This document shows, one piece after another, positions 1-10,773 of a stretch of 64,000 bases of DNA. This DNA comes from Terriglobia bacterium (GTDB lineage: Bacteria > Acidobacteriota > Terriglobia > 20CM-2-55-15), in NCBI GenBank assembly GCA_963664115.2, contig CAXWPJ010000012.1:224001-288000 (forward strand). Direction: 5' to 3'. The notes under the pieces were generated by a model, which was not told the DNA's origin, did no database searches, and worked only from the letters and a program-made list of their open reading frames with translations. The position numbers and the translations under genes are program-made. Positions within the stretch are counted from its first letter, which is position 1; each line of letters opens with the position of its first letter.

Positions 1-932
1 TGATGGTTTCCGATACCACCAACACCTCCACCTACGGGACCGCATTCTGTGTTTCGGTCGAAGCCAAGCGTAATGTCTCGACGGGGATCTCGGCGCCGGA
101 CAGGGCTCAGACGATACTGACAGCTATCGACCCAACGACAGAAGCCAGCGATCTGGCACGGCCCGGTCATATCTTCCCATTGCGGGCCCGGGACGGGGGC
201 GTACTGGTCCGTGCCGGCCAAACGGAAGCCTCGGTCGATCTTGCCCGAATTTCGGGGCTCGATCCCAGCGCCGTCATCTGCGAAATCATGCGGAAGGACG
301 GCACCATGGCCCGAACACCCGATCTCATGGAATTCGCCCAACGGCACGGCCTGCTCATCGTCACCGTTGCCGACGTCATCCAGTACCGGCTCCGTACCGA
401 GCGCTTTGTCCAAAAAGTTTCGGAAACTGTTCTGCCTACGGAATACGGCGATTTTCGGATGATTGCCTTCGAAAGTACCATCGACGGCGAAACCCACGTC
501 GCCCTGGTTCGGGGCGATATCGAAAACGGGGAGAACGTTCTGGTGCGCGTCCACTCCCACTGCCTTACCGGCGATGTTTTCGGGTCTTCCCAATGCCACT
601 GCCGCAAGCAGATAGAACGGGCGCTGGAGATGATTGCCGCCGAAGATCGGGGAGTCCTGCTTTACCTCCATCAGACGGGTCGCGGTTTCAACATCGTGAA
701 TACAATTGACGGCCGCCAACTCGAATATCACGGCAAGCACGACATCGATGTGAACGAAACGATAGGACTCAAGGGCGAACAGAGGGAATATGGGATCGGA
801 ATTCAGATTCTGGCGGCACTGAATATTCGTTCACTGCGAATTTTGACGAACCACCCGAGAAAGTTGGTGGCGCTGAAGGGCCACGGCTTGAAAGTGGTGG
901 ATCAGGTGCCTTTGGGCGACCCAAGTAATTGA
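1..932 (+). CDS. ribBA: Bifunctional DHBP synthase / GTP cyclohydrolase II-like protein, 5' truncated by window edge
   Basis: TAFCVSV, GISAPDRA, RPGHIFPL, RAGQTEAS (RibB); VRVHSHCLTGDVFGS..C.C (RibA-like, divergent). Confidence 0.9.
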   Translation, partial: MVSDTTNTSTYGTAFCVSVEAKRNVSTGISAPDRAQTILTAIDPTTEASDLARPGHIFPLRARDGGVLVRAGQTEASVDLARISGLDPSAVICEIMRKDGTMARTPDLMEFAQRHGLLIVTVADVIQYRLRTERFVQKVSETVLPTEYGDFRMIAFESTIDGETHVALVRGDIENGENVLVRVHSHCLTGDVFGSSQCHCRKQIERALEMIAAEDRGVLLYLHQTGRGFNIVNTIDGRQLEYHGKHDIDVNETIGLKGEQREYGIGIQILAALNIRSLRILTNHPRKLVALKGHGLKVVDQVPLGDPSN

Positions 933-1092
933 ATTATAAGTAGATCCATCTTCCCGTCCAAAGCCGACATGAGGTATGGTAGGGTTGCGCGGGATTTATA
1001 CGGATTCCAGAGATTCCACGGTTTCGACAGAAATGGCGTTCATCGTGTGGATTCAAAGAATAATACGCGACAGGAAGGCATATTAGCTGTAG

Positions 1093-2766
1093 ATGTCGGA
1101 CCGGGAAATCATAATTGAGAGCCTCGCCAAGGCCGGATCCCGCATTCGGACGAACCGCCTGATCGGACGATTCGCTCGAGCCCTGTCCATCTTTATCGCC
1201 ATCGCCGTATTCGTAACAGCTGTTAATATTTTCATTCCGCTGGGTCGGACGGTTCTTGGGGCGTTCTGGGTTCTTTGGTTGCTTGCGCTCGCCGCCGACG
1301 TCGTAAGGAACCTGGGACCACGGACTGGGCTATCTGAAGCAGCCGCCGACGTCGATCGAGAGGCACGCTTAAAGGATGAAGTGGTCAGTGCGTATTGGTT
1401 CCTGAACCAGAACGCCAACAATCCATGGATTGACCTTCAGATCCGTCGTGCCGCCGCCACTGTCCGCGGCTTGGACATCCGGGGACTGTATCCCAGAATT
1501 TTTCCACCGGCCTCCTATATCGCTGCGGGAGGGCTCGTTCTTTTGGTTGCGCTCAATTTTGCTCCGATCGAACCCGGAGCGATCGATCTTTTTCCGAGCG
1601 CCCCGCCCGAGATTGATGCTCCACTCGAAACCGAGGAACTCTTCGACGAAATAGAAGAACTGCTCGACCGAGCCGAAGAACTACAACCGTCTCAGAGTAT
1701 CGAGGAGTTTCAGGCACTGCTGGAGTCGCTTGAGAACTCCGAGGTCGCGCTCGAAGAGGCGGAACAACAAATGGAGGATGTCGAGTCGCTGATTGACGAA
1801 GGGAACCTCACCGTCGCCGGTATTCTGGAAGGCCTGGAAGAAGTGGGTGAGGACCTCCAGCAGTCGGAGGACACTCAAATGGCCGGACAGGGACTCATTG
1901 AGGGCAACCTTGGTGAAGCGGCGTCGGAACTCGAGGAGCTTGCAGAAGAGATCAGTGCTGGCCGTGAACCTGCGTCGGACCTGGATGATGCCCTGCGGGA
2001 AGCCGCAGGGAACAGAAGGCCCGGCCTGGAAGAGTTGGCTAGTCAGCTGGAGGCAGGGGCAGCGGGACTGGATAGCGAGAACCTGGAAGCGGTCGAACAG
2101 GCCTTGGTCGGATCCGCCGAATCACTGAACCAGCTGGCAAACATCATTGAAAGCCAACGATTGCAGAACGAGGCGGCGGCTCGGATGGACGCGCTTCAAG
2201 ACGCTCTGAGAGAAGCCCAGGCAGAGACCGAGATCTCCGAAATCGATCTTCCGGACGATTTGATCACACCGAACGACGAGGTGCAGACGCCCTTTTCAAC
2301 CGGAGAAGGCGCCCCGCAACCAGGTGAGGGGGATGGCACCGGAAACGAAGAGACGACGGGGCAGGATATGTCGGAACTGGACCTGCCATCGGAATCGGGT
2401 GGTGAGGGCGGCGCACAAGCCGGCGAGGCTCCGGGGCAGAACCCTGAGAACCTCAACGCCGATGCCAATGGTCTGATACCGATGGGATACGGTTATTCGC
2501 CGGAGATCAATGAGGGAGCGGCAACAAGTCTGGAAGTTCAGCTCCAGGAAGAGCTCGTCGAAGTGATGCTGGACGAGATCGCCAGTGAAACCGAGGAAGA
2601 ACCGCAGGAATTGTCTTCACGCAGGGAGGCGTCGGCTCTGGACTACAGGAACGCACCGTCCGATTTGACTCCGGCACAGCAGGGCCTGCTGAATCCCGAC
2701 CGGATTCCGCGCGAATACCAGAACCTCATCAAGGAGTATTTCGAGGCCATTCGGACCGAACAATGA
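1093..2766 (+). CDS. Membrane-anchored acidic coiled-coil protein, first gene of MoxR/vWA operon
   Basis: N-terminal TM helices, Glu-rich coiled coil, C-terminal IPREYQNLIKEYF motif typical of MoxR-associated proteins; ATGA overlap with next gene. Confidence 0.75.
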   Translation: MSDREIIIESLAKAGSRIRTNRLIGRFARALSIFIAIAVFVTAVNIFIPLGRTVLGAFWVLWLLALAADVVRNLGPRTGLSEAAADVDREARLKDEVVSAYWFLNQNANNPWIDLQIRRAAATVRGLDIRGLYPRIFPPASYIAAGGLVLLVALNFAPIEPGAIDLFPSAPPEIDAPLETEELFDEIEELLDRAEELQPSQSIEEFQALLESLENSEVALEEAEQQMEDVESLIDEGNLTVAGILEGLEEVGEDLQQSEDTQMAGQGLIEGNLGEAASELEELAEEISAGREPASDLDDALREAAGNRRPGLEELASQLEAGAAGLDSENLEAVEQALVGSAESLNQLANIIESQRLQNEAAARMDALQDALREAQAETEISEIDLPDDLITPNDEVQTPFSTGEGAPQPGEGDGTGNEETTGQDMSELDLPSESGGEGGAQAGEAPGQNPENLNADANGLIPMGYGYSPEINEGAATSLEVQLQEELVEVMLDEIASETEEEPQELSSRREASALDYRNAPSDLTPAQQGLLNPDRIPREYQNLIKEYFEAIRTEQ

Positions 2767-3752
2767 TCGTAGAACTGGACCAACAGATCGAACTGTTCCA
2801 ACGGCGGTTCAATTTAGTCAAAACAGAAGTCTCCAAGGTCATCGTCGGTTACGACGAGATTATCGACGGCATTCTGATGGGACTGCTCGCCAGAGGTCAC
2901 GTCCTCCTGGAAGGCGTACCCGGACTCGGAAAAACGAAGCTCGTGCAGACGCTCAGCGGAGCTCTGCAGCTTCGTTTTTCCCGTATACAGTTCACGCCCG
3001 ACCTCATGCCCGCCGACATCACGGGAACGAACGTCATCCAGCAAAACGACGCCGGTGAAAAGCTTCTCCAGTTTCAACCGGGACCGCTGTTTGGAAACAT
3101 CATCCTGGCAGACGAAATCAACAGGGCGACGCCCAAAACACAGTCGGCCCTGCTGGAAGCCATGCAGGAGAAGACGGTGACGGTAGGCAAGGAAAGCTAT
3201 CAGCTGGAGTTGCCGTTCTTTGTTCTGGCGACTCAGAATCCCCTCGAAATGGAAGGCACCTATCCGCTGCCGGAAGCTCAATTGGACCGTTTCTTCATGA
3301 AATTGAGGGTGGACTATCCCAGCATTCAAAGCATGCACATCATCCTGAACCGGACGACCAGGACGGGTGAGCCGATGCCGGAACGTGTGCTGGCGGGCCC
3401 GCAGATTCTTGAAATGAGGGAAACAGTTCTGGCCGTTCCGATCGCGCGCCCTGTGCAGGAGTACGCCGTACGACTGGTTCTGGCGACACACCCGGACACA
3501 CCGGAAGCTCACGCGATGACGAACCAGTATGTTCGCTATGGCGCGAGTCCGCGCGGCGCCCAAGCGCTTGTGCTGGGGGGCAAGATTCGCGCCCTGTTGC
3601 ACAATCGAGTGCACGTTTCCGCCGAGGATATCCGCGCGATAACGCTTTCCGTTCTCCGGCATCGTGTGCTGCTGAACTTCGAAGGTGAAGCCGAACAGAT
3701 CGAGACCGACGCCATCCTGGAAGCCATCCTGAGAGACACACCCGAACCATAG
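2763..3752 (+). CDS. MoxR-family AAA+ ATPase
   Basis: LEGVPGLGKT, RIQFTPDLMPAD, LADEINRA, ATQNP.E.EGTYPLPEAQLDRF. Confidence 0.95.
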   Translation: MIVELDQQIELFQRRFNLVKTEVSKVIVGYDEIIDGILMGLLARGHVLLEGVPGLGKTKLVQTLSGALQLRFSRIQFTPDLMPADITGTNVIQQNDAGEKLLQFQPGPLFGNIILADEINRATPKTQSALLEAMQEKTVTVGKESYQLELPFFVLATQNPLEMEGTYPLPEAQLDRFFMKLRVDYPSIQSMHIILNRTTRTGEPMPERVLAGPQILEMRETVLAVPIARPVQEYAVRLVLATHPDTPEAHAMTNQYVRYGASPRGAQALVLGGKIRALLHNRVHVSAEDIRAITLSVLRHRVLLNFEGEAEQIETDAILEAILRDTPEP

Positions 3753-3766
3753 CCATACCCCAACCA

Positions 3767-4654
3767 ATGCCGACGACAGCCATCGCGGGATTCGATGAAC
3801 ACTTCATGCGAAAGCTGGAGTACCTGGCGTTGGTTTCCAAGCGCTTCTCAGGTCAATTCAAAGCGGAAAGACGGGCCAAGAAACTCGGGTCGGGACTCGA
3901 GTTCGCCGATTATCGCGGTTACGTACCCGGAGATGACTTCCGGTATCTGGACTGGAAGACCTATCTTCGGCTGGGTAAGCTCCTGCTGCGGCTCTACGAA
4001 GAGGAACAGGACCTGCCCATATATGTCTTCGTCGACTGCAGCCAATCGATGAACTACGGATCGCCCTCGAAACTGGAGTATGCTCGCAAGGTAGCAGCCG
4101 CCCTGTGCTATATCGGCCTTGCAAATCTGGACCGTGTCACCGTGGTCGCCTACGCCGAGGGAATCCAGCGTGAGTTATCCCCGCAACGGGGCAAAGGCCA
4201 GGTTTTTCGCGTGTTCGAGTTCCTGTCCGAGATGGAAGCGGGTGGAGAAACCCATGCCAAGGAAGCCTTCAAACTTTTCTGCGCCGGCAATCGACGCCGC
4301 GGCCTGGCGGTGGTCATCTCCGATTTCTTCGATCCAAATGGATTTGAGCGCGGATTGAATATGCTTCACTACTTCAAGCACGACGTTTTCGTTGTTCAGG
4401 TGGCTGCACACGAAGACGTGGATCCGGGTATCAGTGGTCAACTGCAGCTGGTCGACTCGGAAAGCCGTATCAGCCGGGACGTGGCAGTAACGCCGGAACT
4501 GCTCAAGGCATACAAGAAGGAGATGACTCGTTTCTCGGATGAACTGGGACATCATTGTGTTAAGTACCGGTTGGGTTACGTGCGGACCGTTACTGATTTC
4601 CCATTCGAAGACCTGATACTCCAGGTATTTCGTCAGGGTCGATTCCTCAAATGA
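3767..4654 (+). CDS. DUF58 (vWA-like) protein
   Basis: GSGLEFADYRGYVPGDDFRYLDWK, D.S.SM, VISDF. Confidence 0.92.
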   Translation: MPTTAIAGFDEHFMRKLEYLALVSKRFSGQFKAERRAKKLGSGLEFADYRGYVPGDDFRYLDWKTYLRLGKLLLRLYEEEQDLPIYVFVDCSQSMNYGSPSKLEYARKVAAALCYIGLANLDRVTVVAYAEGIQRELSPQRGKGQVFRVFEFLSEMEAGGETHAKEAFKLFCAGNRRRGLAVVISDFFDPNGFERGLNMLHYFKHDVFVVQVAAHEDVDPGISGQLQLVDSESRISRDVAVTPELLKAYKKEMTRFSDELGHHCVKYRLGYVRTVTDFPFEDLILQVFRQGRFLK

Positions 4655-6435
4655 GCTTTGTCGCATTGTCCATGACCCAGGCTCTGCTGCTTGCGGCGTT
4701 GACCGCAGGTGCGGTGTTGGTGCTGTTTTTCCTCAAGCTCCGTCATCGCCGTGTCGTCGTGGGTTCCTCGCTTCTCTGGCAGCGAATACTCGACCACAGG
4801 GATTCCGTATCCCTGTGGGAGAAATTGCGGCGATGGATATCGTTGGCCGTCGCTCTGACGATCGCGCTGCTGATCGCGCTCGCCCTCGGACGGCCGTATT
4901 TCATCGGAACCTTTGAAGGCCCCATCGGCCCCGTGATCGTTGTACTCGATACGTCTCCTTCGATGGAAACCCGGACCGCTTCGGGGCAGACGCGTTGGGA
5001 CCTGGCCGTGGACGAGACGGAACTGATTCTCAGTAGCCATTCTGGTTCGGGCTTCATGGTCGCCGACACGTCCGGACGGGTCCTGACGCTTTTGACCGAG
5101 GATCGAAACGAAATTTCGAGCGCTATACGACGGATGCGTCCTTTTGGCGGAACCCGAAAGTTTCCAACGATTCCAGAGGAAAGTGCCCGTGTCTATTTCA
5201 TTACCGATGGTGTCGATCCCGTTGAGGTGCCTGAATCGGTGACTCGGGTATCGGTGTTTGAGTCCGCCGACAATGTCGGTATTACGGCGTTCGATGTCCA
5301 GGTCGATCCCACGAGCCAGTCCGGTTACATGGCGTATCTGGAAGTGGTGAACTATTCGGATGAAGCCAAGGACGCGCGAGTCCTGCTCAGCGGAGTGGGA
5401 GGACAACGACTCACGCAGGATCTCATCCTCAATCCGGAAGAACCCTGGAGCATTTCCTTGGATCTCGCCGACTTCCAGGGGGGAGGCATGCGCGTTAGCG
5501 TACAAGCGCCCGGTGACGCATTCACTCTGGACGATGTAGCGTTCAGCTACCTTCCTACCCCCACGAACAACCAGGTAACGCTGGTCACCGACTCAGTAAA
5601 CGGCTACCTGGAGACCTTGCTGGAGCTCTCTCCGAGAGTAGAATTGAGCGTTGTCCGACCTGCGGACTTCGAGAACGATCCCAGCACCGACGCCTATGTG
5701 TTCGAAAGCTTCGTCCCCGATGAATCCCCGACCCGACCCAGTCTGGTGTTCGGCTCCGGAGGGGTCGATTGGCTGCCGAATCAAATCGGAAATCAGGTTG
5801 AACCCGTCATTACCACATGGAACGAAGACCACCCGGTCATGCAATCGGTGCCTGTTTACGATCTGAAGATCGATGAGTCTCAGATTTTGGACTTGAGCAA
5901 CGATTCGGAGGGCCGCACGGTCGTCGCGGCATCGGAGGAAACACCTCTGATTGTGGTTCAATCTGGCATGACCGGACCCAGAACTGTGTTCGTGGCTTTT
6001 GATCTCGCGGCTTCCGATTTCGCGTTTCACCTCGGTTTCCCGATCTTCGTCGAAAATGTCATGGCCTGGTTCTCCGGAGAAGGACTCGCCGAACGACACA
6101 GTCTGGGCGCAATCGAACTGCCGCCCGACACGACCTCCGTGACGCGTTTGGACGGGACAGAGGTAAGCACTGAAATTCGATTCGGACGGCAAGTCATCGA
6201 GGCCACCGAAGCTGACCTCTATACGGCTATTTCCGAGGGACGTCGTATTCGCGTGACTGCAAACCTCACGGACTCCAGACTGTCGAATGTCAATCAGACA
6301 TCGATCACATCGGATTCGGGATTGGGGCTGGACATGATTCTCGCAGGCAACGAACTCTGGTCGTTCATGCTGTTTGCCGCTCTACTGCTGGTCGGTCTCG
6401 AATGGTGGACCTACAACCGACGAATTACTCTTTGA
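4651..6435 (+). CDS. BatA-like N-terminal plus vWA domain membrane protein
   Basis: N-terminal double TM, VLDTSPSM MIDAS, ITDG, C-terminal TM ending EWW. Confidence 0.85.
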   Translation: MSFVALSMTQALLLAALTAGAVLVLFFLKLRHRRVVVGSSLLWQRILDHRDSVSLWEKLRRWISLAVALTIALLIALALGRPYFIGTFEGPIGPVIVVLDTSPSMETRTASGQTRWDLAVDETELILSSHSGSGFMVADTSGRVLTLLTEDRNEISSAIRRMRPFGGTRKFPTIPEESARVYFITDGVDPVEVPESVTRVSVFESADNVGITAFDVQVDPTSQSGYMAYLEVVNYSDEAKDARVLLSGVGGQRLTQDLILNPEEPWSISLDLADFQGGGMRVSVQAPGDAFTLDDVAFSYLPTPTNNQVTLVTDSVNGYLETLLELSPRVELSVVRPADFENDPSTDAYVFESFVPDESPTRPSLVFGSGGVDWLPNQIGNQVEPVITTWNEDHPVMQSVPVYDLKIDESQILDLSNDSEGRTVVAASEETPLIVVQSGMTGPRTVFVAFDLAASDFAFHLGFPIFVENVMAWFSGEGLAERHSLGAIELPPDTTSVTRLDGTEVSTEIRFGRQVIEATEADLYTAISEGRRIRVTANLTDSRLSNVNQTSITSDSGLGLDMILAGNELWSFMLFAALLLVGLEWWTYNRRITL

Positions 6436-6478
6436 GGAGACTTCCTGCGCAGTCTGATGAGAAGATAAGAAAACTCTT

Positions 6479-9058
6479 ATGATCACGTTCCAGACATATT
6501 GGCCAATGTTATTGCTCGCGGTGATTCCTTTCTTCTGGTGGGTGAGCCGGAAGACGCTGATGGATCTGAGTCCGGGGCATCTGAAGCTCGGAACACTTAT
6601 ACGCTCGGCAATTGTTCTGTGCCTCGCGTTGGCCCTGATGCAACCGGTCTGGAACCGTTCCGGCAGCTGGGTCTCGGTAGTCTACATGCTCGACGTTTCC
6701 AAGAGTGTCTCGCCGCAGGCCATTTCAGAAGCGATCGATTGGATCGAGGAGACCGATGCGGCCGGCGGCCCGGACCACTCCCGGTTCATACCGTTCGCCG
6801 CAAACTCACTGGTATTCGAAGAACTGGACGAGCTGAGAACGGTTCAGGTAACCAACATTCCGACCGAAGGAGCAATTGACCAAAGTGCCACTGACCTTGA
6901 AGGCGCGTTGACCCAGGCATCTCGAAGTTTTGCGCCAAATCATCTCAAGCGTCTGGTTCTCATCTCGGACGGTAATGAAAACGTGGGCGCAGTGAAGGAC
7001 TCGATCCTTCGGATGAATCAGGAAAACGTCGAGGTATTCACACGACCTATTGCAGCTCGAACGGGCTCTGACGCCTGGGTGGAAGATGTTATGGCTCCGG
7101 CAACGGTCACCGAGGAAGAGTTGTTTCCGCTCGAGGTTCTCATCCAGAGCCAAGTCGCCACGACGGGAGAAGTGGAAGTTCGCTTCGGCACCGACGACCC
7201 TGAAACTCGTGAGGTCGAACTGGCGCCGGGAATCAATCGCATTGCTTTCGAAATCCGGCCGACCGACACGGGGCCAACGATGATCGAAGCGGAAGTGAGG
7301 ATAGGGGGGGACCGATTCCCGGACAACAACGTCTTTCGACAATCCGTACTCGTCGACGGACCCCCGCGCATTCTCTATATCGAAGGGCGATCCGAGAGCG
7401 CCGATTACCTCCGGAACGTGCTTGAAGGCGAGGGTATCGAAGTTCGCCTCGCCACACCGGGAGAGGTCCCCTTGTTGTTGGAGGAGCTGGATACTTACGC
7501 GGCAATCATATTGAGCGATGTCCGGGCAGACACGATGACACCGGTCGAAATGGAAGCGCTGGCCGTCTACGTCCGGGAACTGGGCGGCGGTTTTCTAATG
7601 ATCGGCGGCGAATCCGTATACGGCGAAGAGGGCTATTCAGAAACGGCGGTTGAAGAGATTCTGCCGGTAAAGTTCGATCTGGAAAGGCCGTCCGTCGCTC
7701 TGATCATCGTGCTCGACAAGTCCGGCAGCATGGGCGGAGAAAAACTCGAACTCGCCAAGGAAGCATCCAAGGCTGCCGTGGATGTACTCCAGGACGATCA
7801 CATGATCGGCATCGTCGCCTTCGACTATGACCACTACTGGCCTGTCGATCTGCGTGAGGCGGATGATCGCGAAGAGATCAATCGGAGGATCAGCAGAATT
7901 ATTGCCGGCGGAGAAACCAATATTTATCCCGCATTGGAGGAAGCCTACGCCGCCCTGATCGACGTTGAAGCGGAGGTCAAGCACATCATTTTACTGTCGG
8001 ACGGCCGGTCGCTCCCTGAAGATTTTGAAAGTCTTGTCCTGGGAATGGACGAGGAAACGATTACGGTTTCTACGGTAGCGGTCGGCAATGGAGCGGACCG
8101 CGAACTCCTGGCCAACATCTCGACCTGGGGTGGCGGCCGCACCTACTTCATGGAAGACGCCAACCGTGTGCCGCAGGTTTTCACAGACGAAGCGGAACTC
8201 GCGACACAAGGAACACTACGGGAGGAACCCTTCCAGGCGGTTGTTCTAAAGGAAGTCGAAGCTTTCAAGGGGATCGATTTCTCAACCAGCCCGCCTTTGC
8301 TCGGCTACGTATCCACTCTCGGAAAGGAAACGGCGGAAATTCTGTTGGAATCCGATGTTGAAAAACCGATATTGGCGCGTTGGCAGTACGGCTTAGGAAA
8401 GACCGTGGCCTTTACCTCCGACGTGAAAGACCGCTGGGCCGCAGAGTGGCTCGATTGGGACGGATACAGCAAGCTCTGGCCTCAGCTGGTACGTGAAACA
8501 ATGAGGCGAAAGGACGATGGCCAACTCGATTTGAAGATCGACAAAGTGGGTGAGTTGGCCCGGATCTCGATCACGGCCCTTGAAGAGGATGGCAGCTTCC
8601 GGGAGCAGTTGACTTCTCAGCTCAGCGTGGTCGATCCACAGCAAAATGTATCGATCGTCAACCTGCGCCATTCCGGACCCGGCTCTTACGAAGGTGAGTT
8701 CCCCGTGGACCAGCGCGGCCCTTACCTGTTTCGAATGACCGGGGATGAAACTGGAGCGTCGCGCATTCTGCCCTACTCCTACCCTGAGGAATATCACTTC
8801 TATCCGCCCGATACGGACCTCTTGAGAGAACTGAGTGCTGTGACCAACGGAACCTTCAGTGCCGATGCGAGCGACATTTTCCGCTCGAGTGCGGAAAACA
8901 TAGTGAGACCCACACCCTTGTGGCCGTATATGGCCGTTGTCGCTCTGTTGCTCTATCTGGGAGATATTTTCCTTCGCCGGATTCGTCTGTTCGAAAAACC
9001 CAGCCCGTCGAAGCCGGCCGCAGCCGGCCCATCAGCCAGCCCCTTAAGCATCTCGTAA
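6479..9058 (+). CDS. Double vWA plus glutamine-amidotransferase-like membrane protein
   Basis: LDVSKSV, ISDGNEN, GGGFLMIGG, VLDKSGSM, ARWQYGLG, C-terminal TM. Confidence 0.88.
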   Translation: MITFQTYWPMLLLAVIPFFWWVSRKTLMDLSPGHLKLGTLIRSAIVLCLALALMQPVWNRSGSWVSVVYMLDVSKSVSPQAISEAIDWIEETDAAGGPDHSRFIPFAANSLVFEELDELRTVQVTNIPTEGAIDQSATDLEGALTQASRSFAPNHLKRLVLISDGNENVGAVKDSILRMNQENVEVFTRPIAARTGSDAWVEDVMAPATVTEEELFPLEVLIQSQVATTGEVEVRFGTDDPETREVELAPGINRIAFEIRPTDTGPTMIEAEVRIGGDRFPDNNVFRQSVLVDGPPRILYIEGRSESADYLRNVLEGEGIEVRLATPGEVPLLLEELDTYAAIILSDVRADTMTPVEMEALAVYVRELGGGFLMIGGESVYGEEGYSETAVEEILPVKFDLERPSVALIIVLDKSGSMGGEKLELAKEASKAAVDVLQDDHMIGIVAFDYDHYWPVDLREADDREEINRRISRIIAGGETNIYPALEEAYAALIDVEAEVKHIILLSDGRSLPEDFESLVLGMDEETITVSTVAVGNGADRELLANISTWGGGRTYFMEDANRVPQVFTDEAELATQGTLREEPFQAVVLKEVEAFKGIDFSTSPPLLGYVSTLGKETAEILLESDVEKPILARWQYGLGKTVAFTSDVKDRWAAEWLDWDGYSKLWPQLVRETMRRKDDGQLDLKIDKVGELARISITALEEDGSFREQLTSQLSVVDPQQNVSIVNLRHSGPGSYEGEFPVDQRGPYLFRMTGDETGASRILPYSYPEEYHFYPPDTDLLRELSAVTNGTFSADASDIFRSSAENIVRPTPLWPYMAVVALLLYLGDIFLRRIRLFEKPSPSKPAAAGPSASPLSIS

Positions 9059-9060
9059 AA

Positions 9061-9690
9061 CTAAAAGGTGAGCGTACCGGCTAGCGCGATCCGAAGCATG
9101 GCGTAGACCACCCACCCCCCGATTATCATGGCGGGACCCAGTCGAGGTGAGGCGTCCGGTCCGAGGAATCGATAGCCCACGACCAACAAAACGATCACCC
9201 ATATCGAAATCACGTCGATCATGCTGGCAGCCACGAAGAACTCCACTGACACCAACTCGGGGTCGAGCATGCGGGCCATACTGAGTCGCCCGGCTTGAAG
9301 GGAAGGTATTTCCTGTGGACTGGAGCTTACAAGAACCACGCTCTGTGCCAGGTGATAGAGAGCTGAAGGAACAAAAGCCAGAGCCGTGACGGATAAATAA
9401 CTCCTGTAACTACGAAAGCGCCCGAAGAAAGAACAAATCCCGAAGAACAGACTCGAGACCAAGAGCACAACCACCGCAGGTCCAAAAATGGCGACCACCA
9501 GCCCGATCTGCCAGATACCTCGCAGCGAAGGATCAGCAGGTGGAAATTTGAAGTAGACGATCAGGCTTGTCAGGGCGGCAAACAGGGTAGGTATGAAGAC
9601 CGGTGCGATTACGACGGGTCGATCCAGAGCTTCTGACAGCGTCGCCGTGGGCCTCCAGAACACCCTGATCGCTCGGTACAAGTCATCCAT
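9061..9690 (-). CDS. Yip1-like membrane protein
   Basis: F..P..T start motif, about 5 TM helices. Confidence 0.7.
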   Translation of the reverse strand: MDDLYRAIRVFWRPTATLSEALDRPVVIAPVFIPTLFAALTSLIVYFKFPPADPSLRGIWQIGLVVAIFGPAVVVLLVSSLFFGICSFFGRFRSYRSYLSVTALAFVPSALYHLAQSVVLVSSSPQEIPSLQAGRLSMARMLDPELVSVEFFVAASMIDVISIWVIVLLVVGYRFLGPDASPRLGPAMIIGGWVVYAMLRIALAGTLTF

Positions 9691-9700
9691 AGGGTTCTAA

Positions 9701-9772
9701 GAAGGGGACGGACACTTCCAGTCGAAATACACTCTCCAAGCCACAATTGCACATGAAGTGTCCGTCCCCTTC
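9701..9772. repeat. Perfect 18-bp inverted repeat, REP-like doublet
   Basis: GAAGGGGACGGACACTTC (9701-9718) / GAAGTGTCCGTCCCCTTC (9755-9772), 36-nt spacer, intergenic. Confidence 0.85.
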
Positions 9773-9775
9773 CCG

Positions 9776-10657
9776 TCACTGTTCTGGAACTTCACGCAGG
9801 ACGTCCACGGTGACGTCGACGATACCGATCTCGACACGGCGATTGCTGGCGCGTGCTTCAGCGCTGGTTCCCTCGACGCGGGGGCTCGACTGACCGTAAC
9901 CGCGGGTCGTAATGATGTCGGCACTGATGCCAGACTCGACGATGTAGTCGCGGACCGATTCGGCCCGCCTCTCAGACAGCAGCTGATTGTATGCTTCCGT
10001 ACCCACGTCGTCGGAATGTCCGTAGACATAAACGGAATAACCGGCCGAAGTCAGGAGAACCCCGGATATTCGGCTCAATAGTTCGCGTTCTTCAAAACCT
10101 AGATCGGCCCGGTCGAACGCGAATTCGATCGCGTCGGTTCCGAGGTTCATGACCAATCCCAAAGCAGTCCGCCGTGTCTCCACGATCGCGCTGAGGGCTC
10201 GTTCCAGCCGGTCCAGTTCTGCCTGGCGTTCCCGTCGGATTTGTTCCGCTTCCTGACGGGCCGTTGCAGCATCTGCTGCAGCCGATGCTGCCAGTGCCTC
10301 AGCCTCCGCGCGTCCCGATTCCGCATTCCGTCTCGCTTCTTCCGCAACCACACGCGTACGCGCGGCTTCCTGTGCATTTTCCTCGGCACCGACAGCACGC
10401 GTCATCGCTTCTTCTGCGGAAATTGCTGCATTCTGTGCAACATCGAGGGCTTCGGAAACCTGCACACCCGTCTCGGTCACGCGCGTGCCGAGAGCTCCAA
10501 CGCGATCTTCAATGTTCGACATCTGTTCCAGGATCAAATAACCCATGACCCCAATCCCTGTCAGAACGACAAGAGTTGCTATCACCAGTCCGATCCCGGA
10601 CGCACCATGCCCGGAGTTCGGCTCACCCGATTCAGACGCATGTTTCGAAGAGTTCAT
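9776..10657 (-). CDS. OmpA-family peptidoglycan-binding protein with TM anchor and Ala-rich coiled coil
   Basis: GHSDDVG..AYNQLLSERRA, RGYG, NRRVEI. Confidence 0.92.
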   Translation of the reverse strand: MNSSKHASESGEPNSGHGASGIGLVIATLVVLTGIGVMGYLILEQMSNIEDRVGALGTRVTETGVQVSEALDVAQNAAISAEEAMTRAVGAEENAQEAARTRVVAEEARRNAESGRAEAEALAASAAADAATARQEAEQIRRERQAELDRLERALSAIVETRRTALGLVMNLGTDAIEFAFDRADLGFEERELLSRISGVLLTSAGYSVYVYGHSDDVGTEAYNQLLSERRAESVRDYIVESGISADIITTRGYGQSSPRVEGTSAEARASNRRVEIGIVDVTVDVLREVPEQ

Positions 10658-10773
10658 CTATCTGCAGTCACCTGCATTAGGGGACGGTCGCTTCATTCTC
10701 CGGATTGCTCCGTATCGAACACGATCACAACGTGAGAGACCTGCCGCACGAAATTTCCGTCCCTGCAAGATGC

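Noticed and set aside
1093-9058. MoxR-DUF58-vWA operon as a novel system
   Set aside because: A widespread, already described gene arrangement.
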